Source: Lama glama
Lineage: Eukaryota
Direction: 5' to 3'
Assembly: GCA_028534125.1 (NCBI GenBank)
Contig: CM052816.1
Coordinates: 12,030,001 to 12,094,000, forward strand
DNA: 64,000 nucleotides
Shown here: positions 39,601 to 51,300 of the stretch, one piece after another
Layout: the number at the start of each line of letters is the position of its first letter
How positions within the stretch are numbered: the stretch's first letter is position 1
Notes under the pieces: generated by a model
The model's input: only the letters and a program-made list of their open reading frames with translations
Told to the model about the DNA's origin: nothing
Database searches by the model: none
Position numbers and translations under genes: made by a program

Positions 39601-39880
39601 AAATCTTTACTATAAACCTTGATAGGACTCTCCCTGGTGAATCACAGTGGAGTTTTCAACCCTGAAGAATGAGTGTAATCTTTGAGCCCATAAATAATCA
39701 GCCTTTAAACGTTTGAGTATTTCTCTTTCCCTTGGAAATGGCTGCAATGTCCCTTTGAGGAAGGATGGATGAAAGATTTGGGATACTGAGTCCTTCAAAG
39801 GGACTTGGACTTCCTTTTATTTAAGAGGTCTTGCATTTGTGAACTGGCTTAAATCTAAGAACCGAGTGTGGGATTATTTG
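36690..39880 (-). mobile_element. Decayed ERV-L (class III) internal region: gag end/protease, RT, RNaseH/integrase, dUTPase
   Basis: RT remnant WLSAIDVANAF...IPISKVHQR (39096-39125 minus; cf. ERVL WYAAIDLANAFFSIP). Degenerate YxDD region near 38890-38910. dUTPase remnant LVPVNHEWRMPPGYFGFPMPM in ORF 36894-37187(-). ERVL gag/pro-like nucleotide motifs at 39440-39870. Many stops and frameshifts. Confidence 0.85.
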
Positions 39881-40504
39881 GTAGATTATATTATTTTTAA
39901 AATGCCAGTTCCACAAGTGGACTAGAATGCTTGAGTTAGCTTAAATAGCACAAATGTTCCCCTATGGGCAAGTTACATGGGAAGCCAAATGATTAAAAGA
40001 TTCACTGGGGAGGATGGAGTCAGAAAAATTTAAAGCTTAAAGGATCTTGCAGTTACAGTATTGAGTGGACCTCTCATTCAATACAACTACTATAAGAACG
40101 TTCACAAAAAATCCACATATATGAAGTTATCGGCCCTAGACTAATATTTTCATAGACAAGGCTTATTTGGGTTTTTACGAAAGATTTTTTTTATATTCTC
40201 TCATGTCTGGAGAATCATCTTTTTGATCTCATTTATTATTTTTTTCCAAGAAGGCGATGCATGCATTTCATTAATTTTTGCTTTTACCGAACAGCTCATA
40301 GTCCTGAATTTGGAATATGGAAAAAAAAATTTATTCAAACTGTGAGAAATGTTCTACCAAGTTGCTCCCACAAATGGATAACAGATGTAATACGATAATT
40401 TTATGACTTTAAAAATAAAGAAAGCCACTATATTTCTAATTTATGCTAGAAATGGGAGGAGACACCTCACTGTAGTTTTCAGTAACCGTCAACAACCACT
40501 GTTA

Positions 40505-42852
40505 CAGGGGGAAATCAGTATGGCAGAGTGGAGGATGTGGAACGTGCCTCCCTCCATGAATACATCTAAAATACGTCTACATGTGGAATGGTTCTCACTG
40601 AAAACTAATTTGAGACTGACAGAAAGACTCCACACAGAATCCAGGAGGAAGGGAAGAAAAGCAATTAGATCAAGACCCATGCCCAGAGAAGGGACTCAGA
40701 GAAGAAGAGAGATTACACGGATGGACACATTCTCTAGGGAATGAGTGGCTCAAGCCACATATTGGGTGCCCCAGCCACGGGGTCCAGCACCCATAGGAAG
40801 AGTCCCCTTAGATGGCTGGAGGACTGGTAGGACTAACAACAAGGCTCTAGGAAGCCTGGCCTCCACTCATGAGAAGCATGTCAACACTTCCCTGCTCCCA
40901 AAAAGAGGTAAAGAAGATGGATTGAGGCTGAACAAGTAGCTGGCTGGTTTCTTCTGACTGCCCTGGTGGGTATCCCAGCCTGAGTCGAGTGACTACCCGC
41001 GTCCTGCTTGCTTCATGACAAAGCTGCATGCTGGGTCAAGGACTGCTGTGGCAAAGGAGAGACTGGCTTTTGGATTCAGAGGTGGCTGAGATTCGAAATA
41101 ACATCTTCCTGGGGCAGGTGTAACCATCACTGGCACTTACACAGACAGTGCGCTGGAAGGAGGCCAGGTCTGTGACCCCAGCTGGGCCAGACCCTGAACC
41201 ACAACAAGCACCCACAATAGTCCAGTTCCCCCAGCGCTGTTCGCCTTTGGGGTGAGGGTACCAGTGGTGGGAAGGACAAGAGCACCTATTTAAATGGAAA
41301 GAAGCCAGCTCAGATCAGGCCCTCAGGGCTTCTGCTCCAGTAACTGCCTCAGCCCCCACAGGGTGACACTTCGCCACTGAGCAGAGAACCCCTGGCTCAC
41401 AGCTGGCTCTGGCTGTAGCGCCTCCAACCCGAGGCTCATTTTCTACCAGATGTGAGCTGCCAGTACACCCTGAGGAACGACTGACTTGTGTTCAGGTCAG
41501 ATCCACCAAAGCCCCACCAAAGATACTGGGCACACTCCACGACAAGGCCACTGCTTCAAGACTGCAATAGGTAACTAGTTCACCAAATTTCAGAGAGGCA
41601 GAGAAAATTAAGCAAAATGACAAGGCCAAGGAATTTGTTTCCATTGAAAGAACAATGGAAAACTCCTGAGAAAACAAGTATTGAAGCAGAAATAAACAAA
41701 CAGATAAAGAATTCAAAGCATTAGTAACAAGAATGTTAAATGAATTAGGGAAAATAACAGATGAACAGTAGGAATTGTAACAAGGAACTAGAAAGTATGA
41801 AAAAAGAACCAATCAAAACTGAAGAATGCAATACATAAAATGAGATACACATTAGAAGGAATTAACAGCAAAGTAATATAGAAGAAAGCGTAAGTGATTT
41901 GGAATACAGAACAACAAAAATCACCTAATCAGAATAGCAAGAAGAAGAACAGGTTTAAAAATGGGAACAGCTTAAGGGATCCCTGGAACATCACCAAGTT
42001 GACCAGCATTCACATTATGGGGGTCCCAGGATGAGGAGAGAGATAAGGGTATCAAAAAATGTCCCCGATGAGACTGTGGCTGAAAACTTCCCAAACCTGA
42101 AAAAGGAAACAGCTATCCAGGTACAGGAAGCACAGAGAGTCCTGAACAAATTGAACCCAAAGAGACCCACATCAAGACAAAAGTCATAATTTAAATGGCA
42201 AAAATTAAAGACAGAGAATTTTAAAGGCAGCAAGAGAAAAACAGAGTCCCATACAAGGGAGCCACGAGAATGCTATTAGCATATTTTTCAATAGAAACTT
42301 TGCAGGCTGGAAGACCGTGGCGTGATTTATTTAAGATACTCAAAGCATAAAACCTATAACCTAGGATACTCTACCAGCAAGGTAATCATTCAGAATTAAA
42401 GGAGAAGGAATTTCTCAGAAAAGCAAAAACTAAAAGAGTTCATCCGCCTTATAGGCTGTTTCTTATAAACCAACCATGTAAGAAGTGTTAAAAAGTTTCT
42501 AAGCAAAAAACAAAAGGCTACAACAAGAAATAAGAAATTATAAGAAGAGAATAATCCTACCAGTAAAGGAAAACATACAGTAAAGGCTGAGGATCAATCA
42601 CTTAAATAAACTAGTATGGACATTAAAATACAAAAAAAAATAGTAAAATCAAGTATAACTGCAATAATCAATAAAGGGATAAACATGCAGATATAAAATA
42701 TGGCATCAAAAACACAAAACAAGATAGGGGCAGCACAAAATGCAGATACTTTAAAATGAGTCAGAACTTAAAGGACTACCTATGTAACATAGATATAGTT
42801 ACAGGTCACCACATATGAACCCCACAGTACCTAGAGATCAGAAACCTACAAC
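40505..42852 (+). mobile_element. L1 5'UTR + decayed ORF1 + inter-ORF, 3'-truncated
   Basis: The 5' end and ORF1 align by eye with the L1 at 54893 (ttctcactgaaaactaa; gctgaaaacttcccaaacctgaaaaaggaaacag). Stops at aaacctacaacag, equivalent to ~57528. Confidence 0.9.
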
Positions 42853-43440
42853 AGGCCGCAGGGAGAGGGTGGAGGGTCGGGGAGCAGGCGCCGCACGTCG
42901 CAGCCTGGCACGCACCTCTTAAGGCTGCGCTACACGCTGCGCGGGGGCAAGCCCACACCCTGGAGGAGAAATGGGAGGAGCGAGGGTGCAGAGGGGAGCA
43001 CCACCCAGCAGGTGTGAGCAGAGAGGCCCAAGCACAGACACTCAGCCCCTTCTCTTTTGCAGCAGTGACAGTGAGTCCCTTTCACCGTGGTTACAACCTT
43101 GCCTCCCTCGTGCTTCCCTGGGGTGGCTGGAGGCCGTGGCGAGGCAGCTGCTGCACTAAGAGGGGGGAGATGTGGAGTTTCACAATCACAGCAATCACAT
43201 CAGCAGCACGGGGCTGGCAGTGAGGGCAGCAGCCTCTCACTCCTCATCCCAGCAGCCTTGCTGCAGGGACCTGGGACCCAGCTTGCAGGTGTCTGGACGC
43301 TGCAGTCCACCCACTACTGCTGCAAGTGCTGGTGGCTGGAGAAGGCAAAACGAGCCGAGTGAGGGACCCAGGAACGGAGCCCAGGAGGTGAGGGCGGAGA
43401 GCCCTGCAGTGTGAAACAGAGAGGGGTGTATTTGCAAAAA
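42853..43440. other. GC-rich, CpG-island-like non-L1 block embedded in the L1 mosaic
   Basis: Abrupt switch from A-rich L1 to GC-rich sequence; dense CpG at 42853-42960; no counterpart in the 54893 L1. Confidence 0.7.
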
Positions 43441-43446
43441 AGAAGG

Positions 43447-45275
43447 CTGGCAGCCAAGATGGTGGAGGAGAAGGAGCCAAAGCTCACCTCCTCTTACAAA
43501 CACATGAAAACCACAACTAACTGCAGAACCACCACCGATAATAAAGATTGGAACCTACCAGACAAGATCTTCTATAACTAAAGACAAAAAAGGAACCACA
43601 ACAAGATGGGTGGAAGGGGCGGATTCACGATAGTCTCAAATTCCATACCCCCAAATGTGGAACCCATAAACTGGAGAGTAATTATACTGCAGAGGTTCTC
43701 CCACAGGAGTGAGAGTACTGAGCCAGACGTCAGGATCCCCAGGCCTGGGGTCCAGCACCAGGAAGGGCAGGCCCAGAGTACTGGGCTTTGAAGGCCAGAG
43801 GGAATTAACTGCAGGAGCTCCACAGGACTGAGGGAAATAGAGACTTCCCTCCTAAAGTATGCACACATCTCATGCTCACTGGGATCAAGGGCAAAAGCAG
43901 GAACTTCATAGGAACCTGGGCCAGACATACCTGCTGGTCTTAGAGCGTCTCCTGAGGAGATGACAGGCTGCTGCTATGGCTCACCCTGGGGACACGGACA
44001 AAATGGTAGACATATCAGGCAGAACTCATCTGCATGAACTCTCTTGGAGGCTGACACCTTGCTTGGATCATTAGCACCAAGATCTGGCCCCAACCAACAG
44101 ACTGTAGGATCCAGTGCTAATTGGGTGGAGACAAATCCCCACCTATCAGCAGACAGGCTACAAAAAGACTTCTGAGTTCACAGCCACCTCCAGACACACC
44201 CCTAGACACAGCCTTGCCCACCAGAGGGCCAGAATCAGTTCCACCCACCAGTGGGCAGGCACAAGCCCTTCCCCGCAGGAAGCCTCTGTAAGCCTCTACA
44301 ACAGCCTCACCCAGCAGAGGGAAGGCACCAGAAGCAAGAAAACTAGGACCCCAGAGCCTGCAGAACAGGTCTGCAAGGGCAGCCCAGACCTACCCTAGGA
44401 CCAGCTGGCCCCTGGCCCTTGCATGACGAGAGGAGGATGCACCGCTGGGAAGCACAGCATGCCCCCTACACAGGGCCATTTGTCTAAGGTCAAGAAACAT
44501 AATTAACCTACCACATACACAAAAATACAAGTAGGAATTTAGACAAAATGAGGCTGCAGAAGAATATGTTTCAGACAAAGGAACAAGATAAAATTCCAGG
44601 AGAACTAAATGACATAAAGATAGACTATCTATCCAAGAAAGAGTTCAGAGTAATGATTGTAAAGATGATCCAAGAACTCGGGAGGAGAATGGATGCACAG
44701 AGCGAGAAGTTAGAAGTTTTCAAAGAAGAGTAAGAAAATATAAAAAACCAAACAGAGTTGAAGACTGTAATAACTGAAATGAAAAATACATTTTTCATTT
44801 CACTAGAAATGATACACTAGAAGTAATCAATAGTGGATGAAATGAAGCAGAAAAACAGATCAGTGAGCTGGAATAGAGACTAGTGGGAACTACTACTGCA
44901 GAACAGAAAAAAAAGAATGAAAAGCAGTTAGGACAGTTGAAGAGAACTCTGGGACAACATCAAGCACACTAATACTCACATTATAGGGGTCCCAGAGGGA
45001 GAAGAGAAAGAAAAAGGGCCTGAAAAAATATTTGAAGAGATAATAGTTTAAAATTTCCCTAACCTGGGAAATGAAATAGTCACCCAAGTCAAGGAAGTAC
45101 AGGAGAGTCCCACACAGGATTAACCCTAAGAAGAACACGCCTAGACATATTGTAATTAAAATAACAATAATTAAAGATAAAGAGAGAGAATATTAAAATC
45201 ATGAAGGGAAAATCAACAAATAATAAACTCCCATAAGACTATCAGCTGATTTTTCAGCAGAAACTCCACAGGCCC
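43447..45275 (+). mobile_element. Second L1 5'UTR + ORF1 (different subfamily), truncated within ORF1
   Basis: L1 start gcagccaagatggtgg. ORF1 remnant MRLQKNMFQTKEQDK...KEFRVMIVKMIQELGRRMD (44548-44733) and later IIGVPEGEE, IRLSADFS motifs. Confidence 0.9.
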
Positions 45276-45405
45276 CAGAAGTAGGCTGGACTTCTGACAG
45301 CCAGAACTCCCCCACCGCTTCACTGAGTGCCCCAGCCCTAACTGAGCAAATGCTCTGGTGCTTCATGCGCCACACCACAGCCTATCACTAGACTTGTGGC
45401 AGCTA
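45273..45405 (+). mobile_element. Short L1 5'UTR-derived fragment between ORF1 and ORF2 pieces
   Basis: ccccagaagtaggctggacttctgacagc matches ccccagaagcagcctagatttctgacagc at 55549-55577 (25/29). Confidence 0.6.
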
Positions 45406-45424
45406 CAAAAGGGGAAAAAATGTG

Positions 45425-47281
45425 ATGCTACCATTTAAAATTGCATTAAAAATACCTAGAAATAAACTTAACCAAGGAGGTGAAAGACTTACATTCTGAA
45501 ATATACAAAACATTGATAAAGGAAACTCAAGTTCATTTCAAAAAATAGAAAAATACCCCATGAACATGGATTGGAAAAATTAATATTGTTAATATGGCCA
45601 TACTACCCCAAGCAATCTACAAATTTAATGCAATCCCTACAAAAATGCCCATGACATTCTTCATAAAATTTAAACAAATGAGCCTATAATTTATATGGAA
45701 CTACAAAAGGCACTAAACTTTCAAAGCAATCTTGAGAAAAAAAAAAAGAACAAAGCTAGAGGTGCTACTCTCCCCAACTTAAGACTACATTTCAAAGCTA
45801 TATTAATAAAAATGGCATGTATTGGCACAAAAACAGACACATGGATGAGTGAACAGAATAGAGAGCCCAGAAATGAACCCATACGCTTATGGTCAGTTAA
45901 TGCACAACAAAGGAGACAAGAGTATGTAATGGAGGAAGAGACAGCCTCTTCAATAAACGGTGCTGAGAAAATCAGGTAGCCACAAGTATAACAAAGAGTT
46001 TAGAACATTCCCTCACATCCTATACAGAAATAAACTAAAAATGGATTAAAATCCTAAATGTAAAACTTGAAATCATAAAACTCCTAGAAGAAAACATAGG
46101 CAGAACAGTCTTTGATGTAAATTGTAGCAGTATTTTTGTTTTGGATCTGTCTCCTAAGGCAAAAGAAACAAAAGCAAAACTAAACAAATGGGACCTAATT
46201 AAATTTAACAGCTTCTGCACATTCAAGGAAATCCTTTGACAGAACAAAAAAAGACAACCTATGGATTGGGAGAAAATATTTGCAATGATGTGACTGATAA
46301 GTGGTTAATATCCAAAACATATAAACAGCTCATACAACTCAATATCAAAAAAAAAAAAACAAACAACTTGATTAAAATTGGGCAGAACACCTGAACATTT
46401 TCCAAAGAAAACTTATGTTGGTTACATAAGTGGCCAACAAGTACATGAAAAGATGTTCAACGCTGTTAATCATCAGAGAAATGCAAATCAAGACCACAGT
46501 GAGAAATCCCCTCACACCTGTCAGAATGGCTATCATCAAAAAGTCTATGAATAACAAATACTGATGAGGATGTGGATAAAACGGAACCCTTATACACTGT
46601 TGGTGTGAGTGTTAACTGGTGAAGCCAGTACAAAAAACATTCTGGAGGTTCCCCTCAAAACTAAAAATCATGCCATATGATCCAGCAATTCCACTCTTGG
46701 GTACACATCCAAAGGAAATGACATACAGTGTTTTGAAAAGATATATTTACTCCCTTCATAGCAGCACTATTTAAAAAAGCCAAGGTATGAAAGCAACCTA
46801 CTTGTCCATCAACAGGTGAATGGATAAAGAAGACATGGTATACATATACACAATGGAAATATTACTCAGCTATTTTAAAAAATGAAATTCTGCCACTTGT
46901 AATAGTGTGATGGACCTAGAGGGTATTATGCTTAGTAAAGTAAGTCAGAGACAAATATTGTATGATACCACTTATGTGTGGAATCTAAAAAATAAAATGA
47001 ATGTATATTAACAGAACACAGACTCACAGAAATACAGAACAAGCTAGTGGTTATCAGGGTGGCAAGGAAAGTGAGGAGGGCCAAGATAGGAGGATGGGAT
47101 TAAGAGACACAGATTACTATGTATAAAAAAGGTAAATAACCAGGATATTGCACAGAGAATTAAAGCCATTACGTTGCAGTAACTCTTAATGGAGCATCAT
47201 CTATAAAATATTGAATCACTATCTTGTATACCTGAAGTTAATATACTATTATAAATTAACTATACATCAGTGAAAAAAAAA
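45425..47281 (+). mobile_element. L1 ORF2 3' half + 3'UTR + poly(A), decayed
   Basis: aaatacctagaaataaacttaaccaagg (KYLGINL-type) through gaaatgcaaatcaagaccacag and 3' end aaattaactatacatcagtgaaaaaaaaa. Confidence 0.92.
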
Positions 47282-47499
47282 GTCATCACTAAGCTAGATC
47301 TAAACAAGTATCTAATACTGAAAGAGCAAAAGATTTTTGAGAATTATAGATCAAAAATTTTTTTCGTCCTGTACAGTAGGTGAAGCTAATCTCAGGACTT
47401 AATCGTCTCAGGATAATTTTTCTCTTTCTCCAGCTTCATAGAACAAAGTTTCTCAGACTTAAAAATGGATGAAGGTAGAATGAAATCTACATCTTCACA

Positions 47500-48450
47500 G
47501 CAGATCTATAATAATGGTGATATGCACTTTGTGCAAATCTACCAAAATGAATGATGGTGCCCTGATATACCGTTCAAGTCATTTTACTATAGGAAATCAT
47601 TCATCAAAAATGCATATAAATCTGGAGTTCAATTAATCATCTTATACAATAGGTTAGCCTCCTGAAATTTTTATTCTAATCCATTTTTTTCTTTTAATAA
47701 AATATAGTTGTCACTGGAAAATATCAAACCAGCACTTCTTAACAAATACATATGGATTTGTAATTAAACCCAATAAAATCTATGATGGAATACAGAAAGT
47801 AGAGAGCCAAAATCCAACTAAAATTATTATTGGAAACAATACTAGGTCACTTTTGGGCAGAGTATAACACATTTTGATTTTTAACAAAAAGCATTATTAG
47901 TGGTTTTAATAATGAAATTTAACATGAGATTTAATGATGCATTCAGTGAACAGCTGATGGCAAGAAAACTGTAGCAGCTATTAAAGAATTCCAATTCTAA
48001 TATACTTTATTAAATAGTCAGGTACACTACATGTTGACTTTAAAAACACATATGACTCTAAAAGAGGAGATTGTGACTGTAGAAAAAAATACTATATACT
48101 GATGCTGGGACCGTATAATTAGACAACTGTAACAAACAGAATTAGACAATTAGAAACAAACAGAATTATCAGAGTTTTTATTTTTTTCCTTTTTTGCAAA
48201 TGGTCAAATGTTACTGCCAAATGAGTAACTGATTTAAAACATTACTGAGTGGGAGAAATCTAGCAGTGATATTTTATTGTCCCTATTTTTTCTATTAATG
48301 TAATCCTGTTGACCACTGACCTCATGAAACTATCCAATTAATGCACAAACAAAAAAATGCATTGACCTCAAGTACAATTTATAAGAAACTCTGGTGATGA
48401 CACTGTTTGCTTCAATCCACCTCTTGATTTATAATAAACCTAATTCAGAT
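47500..48450 (+). mobile_element. Possible highly decayed hAT transposase fossil
   Basis: Fragmentary motifs in hAT order: CTLC..H..H (~47515-47620), ADG..VAAIKE (~47955), NG.NV..K (~48195), H*PH..QL (~48312); needs frameshifts. Confidence 0.25.
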
Positions 48451-48868
48451 TTCTCTTAAAACTGTTTGCACAACCAAATGAGAAACATGGATTCCTCGTC
48501 TCCCAATGCTATCCTTACCACTACCTACTGCCTTTGATGCACTTGTGGAGATCCGAATTAACTAGGCAGTACTTAGTATTCATCCCATACTCCTTACACT
48601 AGGGGAAGTAAGAATTCCTGCATCCAAAAGTTTGTATATTAAATAACAGGTAATTATTTCAGTTTCCTGTCTTGCTTCAGAAAGATATCCTGATGCAAGT
48701 TCTTGTTTTAAATACCTCTTCCAATGAGCCCAGAGGGGAAAAAAAATGTATCTCAATGGACCCAGTACTAAGTATACCAGGTCGCAAATAAGAGTTACAT
48801 TCATCCATATTGACTTTTTGTCCTCTTCTCCAATTAGTGCCTATTATATGAGAAAAGCTAAAGTATAC

Positions 48869-49108
48869 TGTATTCATTTCCTATTGCTACTATAACAAAT
48901 TATCACACATTGGCAGGCTTAATTTAAAAAGACACATTTATTATCTCATAATTTCAGAGGTCAAAAATCATAAAATCAAGGTGTCAATAGGGCTTCATCG
49001 TATTTAGAAGGCTCCAGGGGAGAATGCATCACCTTGCCTTTTCTGGCTTCTAGAGGCTATCTGAATTGCTTAGCTTATCCCCTTCCTCCATCTTCCAAAC
49101 CCAGCAGG
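48869..49108 (-). mobile_element. MLT1 LTR fragment
   Basis: tgtattcatttcctattgctactataacaaattatcac...caaggtgtcaataggg...ccttgccttttctggcttctagaggct. Confidence 0.8.
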
Positions 49109-49109
49109 G

Positions 49110-49420
49110 GGATTTGCGGGAAGCATTCCAAGCAGACAGAACTTCAGGTGCAGAGGTGTAGAGGAAAGAGAGAGCAAAGTGCATTAGAAGGCATGTATAG
49201 ACAGTTGTTGAACGCAGCTAGTGAGGGAGGAAGTGAGAAGACAGATGGATACGGTGTAGCCAGTGGCCAGCAACAGGGAGCCATTAAGAGATTTAAGTGA
49301 GGCATTGTGTAATTAGGTTTTTATCTTATGAAGAATATTCTGGTTAGAGTAAGGGAAAATATATTGTTAGAAATAAAACAAGATTGAGGACAGAAAGTAA
49401 ATTTAAGAGACTTTTTTGCT
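49110..49420 (-). mobile_element. L2 fragment (antisense)
   Basis: gcattccaagcagacagaac...gggagccattaagagatttaag. Confidence 0.55.
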
Positions 49421-49469
49421 AGAATAAATTACTCCCTGTAAATGTCTGGAAATTATTTTTCAGATTACC

Positions 49470-49900
49470 TCTCCAGTTCTATCTTCAGCTAACTCTCCTA
49501 CTCAGCCTTTAGGTGACCTTCTTTCTATAAGGTACCAACATCTCTCCTGTTTCAGGGTCCTGATGCAAATTCTTCCCTCTGCTTAGAATACTTTTCTCTA
49601 TTTGGGAATCTTACTGATCCTCAAGGCACAGGAAATCACTCTATCTAATAAGTCTGCATGGAATTCCCAAATGCAGGGAGATCTTCTGTTATCTACTCCT
49701 ATAATGTCTGGCACCTCTCCTTTGTGACCCTTATTACACTTGCAGTTAATTGTTATTGTCTTCCAGCCTGATAGACTGAAAATCCCACGAGTGCAAGGCC
49801 AGCTGAGACTTGCTGATGGCTATTTCTCCACGGCCTAAACAGGTACCTTGTACTCCACATGCACCCAACAATACGTGTGGTTTAATAAAAGTAAGAATTT
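49470..49900 (+). mobile_element. L2 3' fragment
   Basis: ttcttccctctgcttagaatac...tagactgaaaatcccacgagtgcaagg. Confidence 0.55.
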
Positions 49901-50029
49901 AAAACATCAGTGAATGAAATGGAACAGACTGGGCCACAGACCAGTATTTCTTCAGTTAAAATTATGAAATCTGAAACATGAAAAAGTAACCCGTGGCTTC
50001 TATCCAGTAAAATTATTACAATTACTATA

Positions 50030-51300
50030 ATTTAAAAATATTTATTAAAGTATAATGTGCAAACACACGTACATATACCATAAATGTGTCTCCTGATAGT
50101 TTCATAAATTGAATAGACTTATGTAACCAGCATCTAGATTTAAAAAAAAAAGAAAAAGAATATTTTCAGCCTTCCAGAGCATCTTTCCCACTTCCATTTT
50201 GTCACTGCATTTCACCTACTAGAGCAACCACTATCTTGACTTAACAACATACTTTAGCTTTGCCTTTTGTTTTTTTGCCTTTTCTCCTATAAAAGGAGTT
50301 ATTCTGTATTTTTTTTTAATGTCTGGCTTTTTTTCCGGCACATCATTACTTCCTTGACATTACTATACAACCGCAGTTTATTTTACATTTTTTAAAACTT
50401 TTATTGAGGCATAATTCACACACTATGCAATTAAATGGTTTAAAGCATATGATTCAATGATTTTATTAAGTTCACAGGATTGTGTAACTGTCTCCGCAAC
50501 CTACTTCTAGAACATATCTGTCCCTTCAAGGAGAAACTTTATCAGTCATTCCTGAATCTCATTGCCTGGTTCTAATATACTTTAGGTCTAACATAGAAAC
50601 AAGGTATTTGCCTATCACGGACATTCATATAAACGGAATCAACAATATATGGTCCTTCGTGATTGGCTACTCTGGCATGCCTTTTTTTGGCCAAATATTC
50701 TACTTTACTTATTCATTTATTATTTGGTGAACATCTGGGTTGTTTCCACCTTTTTGCTATTTTGAATAATGCTACTATGTGCATTCTTATATAAGATTTT
50801 CTGTGGATGTACTGAAAGTATGTTTCCAATTCTCTTGGGTATATAATAGAGATAGAACTGCCAGGTCATATGATAATTTTATCTTTAATATTTTGAGGGA
50901 CTGCTAGACTATTTCACAAAGTTACTGCAGCATTTTACATTCCCACTGGCAAAGTATGAGAGTTCTGATTTTTCTTCATCTTTGCTGACATTTATCTGTT
51001 TGTTTTTTTACAGTCATCCTAGTGGGTATAAAGTGGTGTCTCATTAGTTTTCCTTTGCATTCCCTTAATGACTAATAATGTTGAACATCTTTTTAGGTGC
51101 TTATCTGCCAATTGTATATATATTTTTTGAAGAAATGTCTATTTAATGCATTGCCTATTTTTGAATTGGAATTTTTTTCTTTATATTAATGAGTTGCAAG
51201 AAGATATCCAAGTCCCAAATGAGATATATAATTTGCAAATATTTTCTCCTATCCTGAGAACTCTCTTTTCACTTTCTTTATGTGTCCATGCTCAGACTAT
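50030..51300 (-). mobile_element. Old L1M 3' ends and ORF2 C-terminus (antisense, nested)
   Basis: ttttattgaggcataattcaca; catctgggttgtttccacc; cattttacattcccactggcaaagtatgagagtt; tttgcattcccttaatgactaataatgttgaacatc. Confidence 0.8.

Noticed and set aside
40058..40084. Short hairpin gtattgagt...attcaatac
   Set aside because: A 9-bp imperfect stem is too short for a pre-miRNA and expected by chance.
40485..40504. Possible TSD for the L1 mosaic (gtcaacaaccact vs gtcatcact after 47281)
   Set aside because: Similarity too weak, and no A-rich endonuclease site on the left.
48117..48168. Imperfect ~23-bp tandem repeat (aattagacaa...aacaaacag)
   Set aside because: Only two units, no spacers; a local duplication.
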